Positions 1 through 9,008 are shown, counted from the first letter of the stretch. The stretch: DNA of 24,000 nucleotides from Clostridiaceae bacterium (GCA_020832135.1 JAFIFG010000106.1:5346-29345), one strand, 5' to 3'. The notes: a model not told the origin generated them from the letters alone. Numbers and translations: made by a program.

Positions 1-147
1 CTTTTACTAAGTTTTCAATTTGTATTGAATATTATGGAATTTTTTGATATATTGAACAAAATTATACTTTTTAACTCTACTTATTTTTATAAGGATCTAT
101 ATTATAATTTACTGGATTATACTACAATATTCAAAAGGAGAGTAACT

Positions 148-954
148 ATGACTTATAAAAAAATTATTAATATTGTTCATAACAGTGTTAGATTTTCTGT
201 TGATACTGCTAAATACTTAAAAGGTAAACTTGTGGACTTAGGTTACGAAGTGCCAGATGAATTTGACGAAAATGCTGAATTAATTATTAGTATTGGTGGG
301 GATGGATCTTTTTTAAGGGCCCTACATAAATACCATTTCCCCGATATCCCTATTATAGGTATCAACACCGGTCACCTAGGCTTTTTTACAGAAGTAAACC
401 CTGATGAAATAGATTATTTTTTACAGCAATATACCTCTGAAAACTATTTTATAGAAGAAATCAGCCCTATTGAAGCAACTATATGCACTAGAAGTAATTG
501 TATCGAAGTTATGAGTATTAATGAAATTGTCATTAAAGGAGATAGGTCTCGAACTCTTCATTTAGATATGTCTGTAAACAATAATCTTATACAACGTTTT
601 AGTGGTGACGGTATATTAGTGGCTACCTCCACCGGGAGTACCGCCTATAATTATTCTGTAGGGGGAAGCTTAGTAGATCCTCGTTTAGACGTTTTACAGG
701 TGACTCCTTTAGCTCCTATTAATACAAATGCATATCGCTCCTTCACCTCAAGTGTTATACTGCCTTCTGACACAACCATAACCGTCAATCCTGAATACAG
801 ATTTGAAAACTCAATTGTAGTGGTTACTGATGGAGAAGAACACCGACATGCAGCAATTACAGAAATTACTCTGCAACTATCTAAAATGAAAATAAAGATG
901 TTAAAATTAAAAGATTTTGATTTTTGGGGCAAGGTTATTAAGAAATTTTTGTAA
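148..954 (+). CDS. nadK: NAD(+) kinase
   Basis: GGDGSFLRA motif, NEIVI and STGSTAYNYS-type motifs typical of PpnK/NadK. I prefer the internal ATG at 148 (MTYKKIIN...), which follows AAAAGGAGAG with 5-nt spacing. The 41-codon upstream extension from 25 is low-complexity and has no RBS. Confidence 0.9.
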   Translation: MTYKKIINIVHNSVRFSVDTAKYLKGKLVDLGYEVPDEFDENAELIISIGGDGSFLRALHKYHFPDIPIIGINTGHLGFFTEVNPDEIDYFLQQYTSENYFIEEISPIEATICTRSNCIEVMSINEIVIKGDRSRTLHLDMSVNNNLIQRFSGDGILVATSTGSTAYNYSVGGSLVDPRLDVLQVTPLAPINTNAYRSFTSSVILPSDTTITVNPEYRFENSIVVVTDGEEHRHAAITEITLQLSKMKIKMLKLKDFDFWGKVIKKFL

Positions 955-982
955 TGCTTTATAGAAGTTAATGTTAAAATTT

Positions 983-1019
983 AAAAAACCCTAATAGACT
1001 TTAACCTATTAGGGTTTTT
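983..1019. terminator. Bidirectional rho-independent terminator between nadK (+) and the convergent symporter gene (-)
   Basis: Perfect 9-bp stem ccctaatag (989-997) / ctattaggg (1006-1014) with an 8-nt loop, flanked by an A-run (983-988) and a T-run (1015-1019). Confidence 0.8.
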
Positions 1020-1078
1020 AAAGTTTAAACTATAATATTTTTCTTTAAGCTAATAGTTAAAGATGAAACTTCCTAATG

Positions 1079-2227
1079 TTATTTGCTTCTTGCAAACTTA
1101 TTAACAATTAATGCGATAGCACCATCTCCTGTTACATTAGCAGCTGTTCCAAAGCTATCTTGGGCAATATATAAAGCCATCATTAATGCTACCTGGCCTT
1201 CAGTAAACCCTAACATAGTTTCAAGCAATCCTACAGCTGCCATAATTGCTCCTCCAGGAACTCCTGGAGCTGCCACCATCGTAATTCCTAACATTAATAT
1301 AAAAGGAAATACTTGAGCGAAGTTTAAATTCTGTCCTTCTAATGCCATAACTGCAATTGCACACATGGTTAATGCAATAGTACTTCCTGCTAAATGAATT
1401 GTGGCACATAAGGGAATGGCAAACTCTGCTACCTCGTCCTCTACACCGTTGTTCAGAGTACTTCTTACTGTTACTGGAATAGTTGCTGCTGAAGATTGAG
1501 TTCCTATTGCAGTAAAATATGCTGGAAGCATATTTTTAATCGCTCTAAAAGGATTTGTTCCTGTTATTGAGCCCGCAACAAAATATTGTAAAATAATATA
1601 GACAATATGCAGTGCAATAACCAGTGCAAAAACTCTACCAAATATCGATAGTGTTTGAGCAGCTTCTCCTGTATAAGCCATTCTAGCAAAAATACCTGCT
1701 ATATGTATTGGCAATAATGGAATAATGATGGCTTCAATAACCTTTTGAATAATTTTTTGAAATTCCTGCATAAATTTAAGCATTGTATCACTTTGAATAG
1801 CTGCCATCCCTAACCCTAAAAGAAAAGCTGTTACTAAGGCTGTCATAACACCCATAATAGGAGGCATTAATATTTCAAAGTATGCTGTAACTTCTTGACC
1901 TTCCGTAACCATATCTCTTCCAGTTGTTATAATGGCCGGTAGAATAATTGAAGCTGTAAAAAATGCCAATATTCCTGCTACCACAGTTGATAAATAAGCT
2001 ATTCCAGCTGTAATGCCTAGTAGTCTTCCAGCCTTTTTACCTAATTCTGCAATACCTGGTGCAACGAATCCAATGATCAACAATGGAATAATATAGCCTA
2101 AAAAAGCCCCAAATATCGTACTAAATGTCACCAATAATCTTGTGAGAATTTCAATTCTAGTCGAACCAATAACGATACCTAATATAATACCAATAATTAA
2201 TTTTGGCAATAACCCTAATTTCTTCAT
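1079..2227 (-). CDS. Dicarboxylate/amino acid:cation symporter (DAACS) family transporter, short SstT-like form
   Basis: 382-aa polytopic protein with family motifs SSAATIPVT, IPLCATIHLAGSTIA and AANVTGDGAIALIV. The RBS AAGGAGGAG lies upstream of the ATG. Confidence 0.8.
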   Translation of the reverse strand: MKKLGLLPKLIIGIILGIVIGSTRIEILTRLLVTFSTIFGAFLGYIIPLLIIGFVAPGIAELGKKAGRLLGITAGIAYLSTVVAGILAFFTASIILPAIITTGRDMVTEGQEVTAYFEILMPPIMGVMTALVTAFLLGLGMAAIQSDTMLKFMQEFQKIIQKVIEAIIIPLLPIHIAGIFARMAYTGEAAQTLSIFGRVFALVIALHIVYIILQYFVAGSITGTNPFRAIKNMLPAYFTAIGTQSSAATIPVTVRSTLNNGVEDEVAEFAIPLCATIHLAGSTIALTMCAIAVMALEGQNLNFAQVFPFILMLGITMVAAPGVPGGAIMAAVGLLETMLGFTEGQVALMMALYIAQDSFGTAANVTGDGAIALIVNKFARSK

Positions 2228-2430
2228 AATACTCCTCCTTGTAAATTTCCTTTCTTATTTCTTGCTCACTTATATTATTACCAATTTATATGTTTATCAT
2301 AATCTAACTGGACATATACTTCTTATTTTATCAAAGCAATTTAAAAAATGGCTTAAATTAAACCGTACCATCACAATTAATAATATTTGCCAAAACTATT
2401 AAATCACTCTTTAAGCCCGCAATTTAACAC

Positions 2431-2466
2431 AAAAAAGTTCCTACCAAATATGGTAAGAACTTTTTG
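2431..2466 (-). terminator. Rho-independent terminator after the GltP-like symporter gene
   Basis: gttcctacca (2437-2446) / tggtaagaac (2451-2460), a 10-bp stem with one mismatch, flanked by A- and T-runs. It sits 24 nt downstream of the stop at 2490. Confidence 0.7.
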
Positions 2467-2489
2467 GAAATTAACTTTTTATTAAGCTC

Positions 2490-3764
2490 TTAAGCAGTAG
2501 TACCTTCACTGTCAGCATCAAAAATGCTTTGGTCAAATTCACCTTCTGCTTTAGCAATAATTGTTGAGCAGACAGCATCTCCAGTAATGTTGATAGCTGT
2601 TCTTGACATGTCCAGCAGTCTATCAATACCCATAATTAACGCAATACCTTCTACTGGCAATCCAACTGATTGTAATACCATGGATAACATAATCAAACCT
2701 ACTCCTGGTACTCCTGCAGTTCCTATAGATGCCAAGGTAGCAGTTAAAATAACTGTTAGTATGGCTGAAAAACCAAGTTCAATACCATATACCTGTGCAA
2801 TAAATATGGTGGCAACACCTTGCATAATAGCTGTCCCGTCCATATTAATCGTAGCACCTAGTGGCAATGTAAAGGAAGCAACATTTTTAGAAACTCCAAT
2901 TTGCTCCTCTACAGTTTCTATGGTAACTGGTAATGTAGCACCACTACTTGCTGTAGAGAAGGCTACAGAGAAGGCTGGGAAGAACTTTTTAAAGAATCTA
3001 ATAGGACTTAACCCTGTAAATCCTTTCAACATTCCACCATAGGTCACAATAGCATGAATAATTAAGGCAGCTATTACTGTTAACATATATTTCGCTAATG
3101 GGATCATAACATCAAAACCTTCGTTAGCAAAGGTTCTAGCAATCAATGCGAAAACACCGTAGGGTGCTAATAACATTACAAAGCCTACCATTTTCATTAT
3201 TAGTTCATTTAATTGATCAAAAATAGCAACAATGCCCTTTGTTCTTTCACCTAATGCAGATAGCCCAACACCAATAAATACAGCAAATACAATGATTTGC
3301 AGCATATTGCCGCTTGACATAGCTGCAACTGGATTTCTCGGAACCATATCAATCAATACTTCTACTAATGGTACACCTTCATTAATTGTTGGTTCACTTG
3401 TAACTACATTTGATAAATCTAATCCTAATCCTGGGTTCACAATAGATGCTAATCCCAATGCAATAGAAATAGCCACAGCTGTTGTTACTAAGTAAAATAG
3501 TACTGTTCTGACACCAATTCTACCTAGCTTTTTAATGTCTCCCATACTAGCAGAACCATTTACCAGTGAAATAAATACTAATGGTACAACCATCATCATG
3601 ATACCTCTTAAGAATACCTGACCAACTAATAAGAATAGTCCATCAACAATAACAGTATCCCTAAAGATTCCCTCTGGAACAAAGTATAATATAATACCTG
3701 TAACAATACCTAACACAAGACCTGCCAGGATTTTTGTAGTAAGACCTTTTTGTTTTACTGACAT
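2490..3764 (-). CDS. Dicarboxylate/amino acid:cation (Na+/H+) symporter, GltP/GltT-like
   Basis: 424 aa with DAACS signature motifs SSGATLPVT, LPLGATINMDGTAI and RTAINITGDAV. The RBS AAAGGAGG is upstream. Confidence 0.85.
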   Translation of the reverse strand: MSVKQKGLTTKILAGLVLGIVTGIILYFVPEGIFRDTVIVDGLFLLVGQVFLRGIMMMVVPLVFISLVNGSASMGDIKKLGRIGVRTVLFYLVTTAVAISIALGLASIVNPGLGLDLSNVVTSEPTINEGVPLVEVLIDMVPRNPVAAMSSGNMLQIIVFAVFIGVGLSALGERTKGIVAIFDQLNELIMKMVGFVMLLAPYGVFALIARTFANEGFDVMIPLAKYMLTVIAALIIHAIVTYGGMLKGFTGLSPIRFFKKFFPAFSVAFSTASSGATLPVTIETVEEQIGVSKNVASFTLPLGATINMDGTAIMQGVATIFIAQVYGIELGFSAILTVILTATLASIGTAGVPGVGLIMLSMVLQSVGLPVEGIALIMGIDRLLDMSRTAINITGDAVCSTIIAKAEGEFDQSIFDADSEGTTA

Positions 3765-4043
3765 AAATTTACCTCCTTTTTAAAAATAATAATTAAGATT
3801 CCAGTACTAACTAAGATATATTATACTTTAAAATTGTAATTTGCACAAGGTTTTGAATTAATTATATATTAATCCATATCAAGCCTCATGCTATTATGTT
3901 CTGTTCATTTCAAACTCATCAATCTATTACTATTATTTATATGATAGCAACTATGCTTTTTATACAAATTAACGCCTTATATATTTGCATATTATTTTTC
4001 ATATCATGCATTTGTTAGAAAATTAACCTTGTCTCCTAAAATT

Positions 4044-4073
4044 ATAGAGCATCGTCTACTGACGATGCTCTAT
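4044..4073 (-). terminator. Hairpin overlapping the stop codon of the LtaS-family gene
   Basis: 13-bp perfect stem atagagcatcgtc (4044-4056) / gacgatgctctat (4061-4073) with a 4-nt loop. The T-run on the minus strand is weak (aatttt). The stem includes the last codons and the stop of the CDS. Confidence 0.55.
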
Positions 4074-5927
4074 AATATATTCCATACCTTTTTTTCTAAC
4101 TAAAGGGATCAAGTTGTTCTCAAGAATATATTCTGATAGATTTGTCTCTGCTATTGCTCGTGCATAACCTTCTCTAGCTTCTTCTAAGTCTACAGTTTCC
4201 CCTGTACGGTGATCCCATGCCCTACTATTTTCGTAAATACCATCATTTGACATGATAAAAATCTTTTCATTATCAATAAATGAACCTCTTGCCACATGGA
4301 CTCGCTTAGCTACAAAACCCTCTTCTATATTTAATAAATCCTTCCCTAATGTTATGTTGCTTTCCATATCAATTCCTAATAAGTTAGCCATCGTAGGAAA
4401 GAAGTCTATTTGCCCTCCTACTGTAACAATTTCTTCCGTCACTCCCTTATTTGGTATATGAATTATTAAAGGGATTCTAAACATCTCATCTTCTTCATAG
4501 GGCTTATTTAAGAAGGAGGATAATAATTCATTGGTTTCTTCATCCCTCATATCTAATCCCTGATGGTCGCCATAAATTACAATGATGGTATTTTCATAAA
4601 GGCCCTCTTGCTTTAATTCTTCAATGAATTTACCTATCTCTCTATCTAAATAATTTACTGTTTGTAAATACCCATCTAATACCGTGCCTTCATATTCTTC
4701 TGGTATTTTTAAATGTTTATACTTATCTGGTAATGTAAAAGGATGGTGAGAGGTTACTGTAGTATAAAATCCATAAAAGGATTTAGGTTTCTCTCTTATA
4801 TAGTCCATCGATTGTCTAAAAAGAGAACCATCACTTAAACCTATCCCTATCATTTCATCTTGCTCAAAATCCTCTAAGCTTATGAAGGTATCTATTCCTT
4901 GGGCAGGATAAATCGCTTCTCTATTCCAAAAATCTCCATAGTTTCCATGAAAAGCGATGGTTGAGTACTCTTTCTCCTTCAATAACAAAGGTAGTGTTGT
5001 AAATTCATTATCTTCATATCTTTTATAACTAAAGACATTGGAGGAAGGATAAAACCCATTATGAGATATAAATTCAGCATCAGAGGTATTTCCCCACCCC
5101 ACCTGTTCATAGTACTTACTAAAATATATACTTTCATTATCTATAAGACTATTTAGTACAGGTGTAATAGCCTGCCCCTCAATCTTTTTATCTATGACAA
5201 AACTTTGAACTGATTCTGCTTGTATCACAATGACATTTTTTCCTTCTGCTAAACCAAATGCATTTTTATCTGTAACTACATGATTCATGTTTTCTATAAT
5301 GCCTTCTGCCAATTTGATATCTAATGTGGTTCTTGTAAAGGATCTTGCTATATCATATAAATGATAATTAATAACACCTAAATTATGAGGAGTATAATTT
5401 CCATCAGACATCTTAGAGGTTCCATAGGCTATGGAACTGATTAATAGTATTAATATGCAAAAAGCTACTAAAAACATTGGTTGTCTTTGTTGAGTAATAA
5501 CTTTAGTTTTTTTATAGTATTTCTTATAATAAAGCCAAAGCACAAAAAAATCTATGAAAAACAAAAAGTATTGTGGTCTTATTAACGAAATAATACTATT
5601 GGAAACTGGTCCTAACTGTCCTACTTGATATATGCTATGAATTGGAATCAGTGTAAAGAAATGACTATAATACATAGCATCCATGAAAAGAATGACAGAT
5701 ATGATAAAATTAATAGCTAAGAAAACATTATGCTTAGTATTTTTTCCGATAAAACTCACCATACAGTAAATTGCAATAACTGTAAAAAGATTTTTTATCG
5801 TTATAACAAGCACACTTTCTCCAGTACCCATCAAATAATGAAATAAAAACAACTTTATCAATATACCTGCATTAAATAAAGCTACATCTTTATATCTATT
5901 TCCTTTGGACAAAGATTTTGAAAGCAC
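4056..5927 (-). CDS. LTA synthase (LtaS) family protein: N-terminal polytopic membrane domain plus extracellular sulfatase-fold domain
   Basis: 623 aa. The N-terminus has about 5 TM helices. The C-terminal domain carries GNTSDAEF (catalytic Thr region), SHHPF and GDHQG motifs typical of LtaS-type phosphoglycerol transferases. Apparent GTG start preceded by AGGGGGA. Confidence 0.8.
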   Translation of the reverse strand: MLSKSLSKGNRYKDVALFNAGILIKLFLFHYLMGTGESVLVITIKNLFTVIAIYCMVSFIGKNTKHNVFLAINFIISVILFMDAMYYSHFFTLIPIHSIYQVGQLGPVSNSIISLIRPQYFLFFIDFFVLWLYYKKYYKKTKVITQQRQPMFLVAFCILILLISSIAYGTSKMSDGNYTPHNLGVINYHLYDIARSFTRTTLDIKLAEGIIENMNHVVTDKNAFGLAEGKNVIVIQAESVQSFVIDKKIEGQAITPVLNSLIDNESIYFSKYYEQVGWGNTSDAEFISHNGFYPSSNVFSYKRYEDNEFTTLPLLLKEKEYSTIAFHGNYGDFWNREAIYPAQGIDTFISLEDFEQDEMIGIGLSDGSLFRQSMDYIREKPKSFYGFYTTVTSHHPFTLPDKYKHLKIPEEYEGTVLDGYLQTVNYLDREIGKFIEELKQEGLYENTIIVIYGDHQGLDMRDEETNELLSSFLNKPYEEDEMFRIPLIIHIPNKGVTEEIVTVGGQIDFFPTMANLLGIDMESNITLGKDLLNIEEGFVAKRVHVARGSFIDNEKIFIMSNDGIYENSRAWDHRTGETVDLEEAREGYARAIAETNLSEYILENNLIPLVRKKGMEYIIEHRQ

Positions 5928-6001
5928 CTCTAAGTCCCCCTAACTTTTTAAAATATTAGTATACTTATATGCTTATACCCACTAAAGGGCAACCTACTCT
6001 T

Positions 6002-7231
6002 TTAATTTTTTTCGTGATAAAGCTGAACTATCTTAATGATTACCTCTACAGCTTTATTCATAGATTCAACAGGAATATATTCAAATTTGCCATGGAAATT
6101 ATGTCCTCCAGTAAATATATTGGGACAAGGCAAATTCATATAGGAAAGCCTAGCACCGTCAGTTCCACCTCTTATAGGCTTAATCTTCGGAACTATATCT
6201 AATTCTTCCATAGCTTCCTTTGCAGTATCAATAGTGTGCATCACCGGCACTATTTTTTCCTTCATATTGTAATATTGATCCTTAAGTTCTAACTTTATTA
6301 CATCTTGTTCATATTTATGGTTTAAAAATGCAACAATTTTTTCTAGGATAACTTTTTTCTCTTCAAATTTATCTCTATTATGATCCCTAATGATGTACTG
6401 CATAGAAGTTTCTTCAACACTCCCATTTATATCCACTAGATGAAAGAAGCCCTCGTAGCCTTCAGTAAACTCGGGTTTTTGGTTTTGTGGCAACATGCCA
6501 TTTAGTTCCATAGCTATTTCTATAGAATTGATCATTTTATTTTTAGCTGATCCTGGATGGACGTTTCTACCACTTATTATTATTTTAGCTCCTGCAGCAT
6601 TGAAGTTTTCATATTCCAACTCACCTATCTCTCCACCGTCTACAGTATAAGCAAAATCTGCATTAAATTTTTCTACATCAAATAAATCTGCTCCCCTTCC
6701 GATCTCTTCATCGGGAGTAAAGCCAACCTTTATAGTACCATGTTGTATTTCAGGATTGTTTATGAGGTATTCCATTGCCGTAACGATTTCTGCAATACCA
6801 GCTTTGTTATCAGCCCCTAATAACGTGGTACCATCGGTGGTAATAAGGGTTTGTCCTATGTAATTTTTCACTTCAGGAAAATCTTTGGGAGATAGTATTA
6901 TGTTTTTTTCCTTATTTAAAATAATATCAGCTCCGTCATAATTTTCTACAAGCTGAGGATGAACATTTTCTCCAGACATGTCTGGGCTAGTGTCCATATG
7001 GGCGATAAAACCTATAGTAGGGATTTGTTTATCTGTATTAGAGGGTAGAGTAGCCATTATATATCCATTGTCATCTAAGGATACATCTTGTAACCCTATC
7101 TCCTTTAACTCCCTCACTAGTTTTTCTGCTAAATCAAGCTGTTTTTTAGTACTAGGACATATGCTAGAGTTAGGGTCAGCCTTTGTATCGATTTTAGCAT
7201 ATCCAATAAACCTCTTAACAACCTTGTTCAT
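6002..7231 (-). CDS. pepT: Peptidase T (tripeptide aminopeptidase, M20B)
   Basis: 409 aa. N-terminus VKRFIGYAKIDTKADPNS..CPST..Q, plus AHMDTSPD, TTDGTTLLGADNKAG, PDEEIG and GGTDGA motifs, matching PepT end to end. RBS AAAGGAGG. Confidence 0.9.
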   Translation of the reverse strand: MNKVVKRFIGYAKIDTKADPNSSICPSTKKQLDLAEKLVRELKEIGLQDVSLDDNGYIMATLPSNTDKQIPTIGFIAHMDTSPDMSGENVHPQLVENYDGADIILNKEKNIILSPKDFPEVKNYIGQTLITTDGTTLLGADNKAGIAEIVTAMEYLINNPEIQHGTIKVGFTPDEEIGRGADLFDVEKFNADFAYTVDGGEIGELEYENFNAAGAKIIISGRNVHPGSAKNKMINSIEIAMELNGMLPQNQKPEFTEGYEGFFHLVDINGSVEETSMQYIIRDHNRDKFEEKKVILEKIVAFLNHKYEQDVIKLELKDQYYNMKEKIVPVMHTIDTAKEAMEELDIVPKIKPIRGGTDGARLSYMNLPCPNIFTGGHNFHGKFEYIPVESMNKAVEVIIKIVQLYHEKN

Positions 7232-7445
7232 AAATCTTCCTCCTTTTATCTACATGTAATATTATTTGAAAATTTAGTGATACCTTACAATATATATTAT
7301 TACATAAATTTTAATTTTTTTCACATCCATTCTCTATCTACTACTATATTTTCTGTCTTGGTACTATTATTTTTATCCTCCCCTTGGCTTTTATTATGTA
7401 TAATATAGGAATAACGAAAAATTTAAAAAAAATTGGAGCGATACT

Positions 7446-7811
7446 ATGAATCAATGGATTAACAAAAGCATTAAAATCAACAAATATACCATTAAAAACA
7501 GAATCATCATGCCACCTTTGATCTGTTTCAATTGGGGGGATCAGGATGGATTTGAAACCTACAACCGAGCTGAGCATTATGGTAAACGAGCAAAGGGTGG
7601 AACAGGTCTCATCATAGTTGAAGCCTACTCTACCTCTTAGAAAGGACGTATCGTTCATACAGAACTGGGATTATGGAAGGATCAACACATACCACAATTT
7701 CAAAGAATAGGAGAACACTGTTATAAAGAAGAAACTGTAGCACTTGTTCAAATAGTTCACACTGGTATGAAAGCGGTAGGGACTCCAGTATACTCTGCTC
7801 TTTTAGTTTAG
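7446..7811 (+). pseudogene. Remnant of an Old Yellow Enzyme-family NADH:flavin oxidoreductase (N-terminal ~120 codons, in-frame TAG at 7638-7640)
   Basis: My translation reads MNQWINKSIKINKYTIKNRIIMPPL...HYGKRAKGGTGLIIVEAYSTS*KGRIVHTELGLWKDQHIPQFQRIGEHCYKEETVALVQIVHTGMKAVG...*. It is colinear with the YqjM/OYE N-terminus (KNRIvMsPm, HY..RA.GG.GLIIvEA, GRI....LGiW.D.HI, iQl.HaG). The frame is interrupted by TAG and ends at 7811, far short of a >330-aa OYE. Confidence 0.7.
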
Positions 7812-8012
7812 AATGAATTAATTTGATGTTTTTAATAAATACATGTATAATAATAGAAAAAAAATGTTCATAATATATAACAAAGCTATAAGAGTCATTT
7901 ATGTAGGTATACTTATATAAAATAAAACTTAGTTTGTTCATCTAGAAATATGGGTCTTGGTAATACATAGAAGATAATTATTAAATTTTCAACTTTACTT
8001 TCATTATTTTTA

Positions 8013-8041
8013 TTGACAATAATTTAAAATAATGTTAAAGT
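8013..8041 (+). promoter_or_regulatory. Putative sigma-A promoter of the cold-shock gene
   Basis: TTGACA (8013-8018), a 17-nt spacer, then TGtTAAAGT (extended -10, 8033-8041). This would give a ~145-nt 5' UTR, typical of csp genes. Not verified. Confidence 0.4.
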
Positions 8042-8190
8042 GAATTGAATGTATAAATGGAGTTTATAATTCACATATTATAAAGAGTTATCACTTCATT
8101 ATAGGGTATTGGAATTAAGTGGTATTCTCTATAATATGTGAGTTTTTACTCCCAAAAAAAAATTTTAAAATTATTTGGAGGTTTCAGAAC

Positions 8191-8391
8191 ATGAAAACAG
8201 GTAAAGTAAAATGGTTTAACTCAGAAAAAGGATTTGGATTTATCGAAGTTGAAGGAGAAGATGACGTATTCGTACATTTCTCTGCAATCACAGGAGACGG
8301 ATTCAAAACTTTAGAAGAAGGTCAAAGTGTTGAATTCAACGTGGTTCAAGGTAACAGAGGACCTCAAGCTGAGAATGTAGTAAAATTATAA
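8191..8391 (+). CDS. cspA: Cold-shock protein, CspA family
   Basis: 66 aa: [33 protein letters not shown]..., with RNP1 (KGFGFI) and RNP2 (VFVHF). Start is at the internal ATG 8191, behind GGAGG. The ORF-track extension from 8119 lacks an RBS. The symbol is family-level only. Confidence 0.92.
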   Translation: MKTGKVKWFNSEKGFGFIEVEGEDDVFVHFSAITGDGFKTLEEGQSVEFNVVQGNRGPQAENVVKL

Positions 8392-8394
8392 TAG

Positions 8395-8420
8395 AACTGC
8401 CCTAATGGGCAGTTTTTTTA
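8395..8420 (+). terminator. Rho-independent terminator of csp
   Basis: aactgccc (8395-8402) / gggcagtt (8407-8414), loop taat, followed by a T-run. Confidence 0.85.
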
Positions 8421-8512
8421 TGTCTTTTTTTTATAAAATGCATATTACCTCCTAATATATCAAATACTATCATTGTTATAAATTACAATATAAAATTTTT
8501 AGGAGGCTAACT

Positions 8513-8791
8513 ATGCAAAATCAACAACAAGGTCAACAACAATTACAACAAGTAACTCAAACTTTACAACAAGCTCAACAAGCAATTCAGCAAGCTCAAA
8601 CAAACTCTAATCCTCAACAATTACAACAAGCTCAACAACAGCTTCAACAAGTAACACAACAATTACAACAAGCAACTCAACAAATGGGCACCGAAACAAA
8701 CCCTCAACAAAAGCAACAGCTTCAACAAGCTCAAAATCAACTTCAACAAGCTCAACAGGCTATGCAACAAGCTCAACAACAAATGCAATAA
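8513..8791 (+). CDS. Glutamine-rich small protein (92 aa, 50 Gln by my count), function unknown
   Basis: Strong RBS AGGAGG 7 nt upstream of the ATG and its own terminator downstream. The frame stays open through highly repetitive CAA-rich DNA. There are three modules separated by T-N-S-N-P and T-E-T-N-P. Confidence 0.7.
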   Translation: MQNQQQGQQQLQQVTQTLQQAQQAIQQAQTNSNPQQLQQAQQQLQQVTQQLQQATQQMGTETNPQQKQQLQQAQNQLQQAQQAMQQAQQQMQ

Positions 8792-8802
8792 AGTGTACAT
8801 AC

Positions 8803-8844
8803 AAAAAGACTGGTTATTTTCCTTGAGAATAGCCAGTCTTTTTG
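8803..8844 (+). terminator. Rho-independent terminator of the Q-rich gene
   Basis: aaaaagactggttatt ... aatagccagtcttttt: a long stem (one mismatch) with A/T-run flanks. Confidence 0.8.
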
Positions 8845-9008
8845 TATGATTTAAAATTAATTTTTTGATTAATTTTAAAAATTTGTCTGTATGGATCGAA
8901 TAATAATATTTTTTTTATAAATATTACAAATTATGACATTTTTCTAAAAAATTATATTGTATAATTTAAATGTTACAACTTTTTTATATTTAAGAAAGGA
9001 GGTGTATT

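Noticed and set aside
25-147. N-terminal 41-codon extension of the NAD kinase ORF
   Set aside because: It is a low-complexity, AT-driven sequence with no RBS. The internal ATG at 148 has AAAAGGAGAG upstream and gives a normal-length NadK.
2524-3042. 172-aa + strand ORF inside the GltP-like gene. The same class includes 651-932, 1083-1316, 1221-1409, 3232-3495, 4252-4461, 5969-6202, 6978-7259, 11502-11684, 14847-15104 and 22318-22581.
   Set aside because: These are antisense shadow ORFs fully embedded in well-supported genes. They have no RBS and a composition typical of reverse-frame translation.
7638-7640. In-frame TAG in the OYE remnant as a pyrrolysine or readthrough codon
   Set aside because: The gene is also truncated after about 121 codons. 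OYE enzymes are not known Pyl proteins, and no pyl genes are visible. A nonsense mutation in a decaying gene is simpler.
7344-7941. Two minus-strand ORFs (104 aa and 103 aa) across the pepT-csp gap
   Set aside because: They lie antisense to, or beside, the OYE remnant. They have no RBS and no recognisable motifs, and their sequence is AT-rich and low-complexity.
8119-8190. 24-codon upstream extension of the cold-shock gene
   Set aside because: There is no RBS. The ATG at 8191 follows GGAGG and gives the canonical 66-aa Csp. The upstream part is the expected long 5' UTR.
8513-8791. CAA-rich repetitive DNA as a non-coding microsatellite or CRISPR-like repeat array
   Set aside because: The repeats are imperfect and in frame, with an RBS, ATG, stop and terminator correctly placed. 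There is no repeat-spacer periodicity. I treat it as coding, but flag it as a finding.
8931-8965. Candidate sigma-A promoter for the agr-like cassette (atgaca ... tataat)
   Set aside because: The spacing between the hexamers is about 21 nt, too long for a standard promoter. It is not called without transcript mapping.
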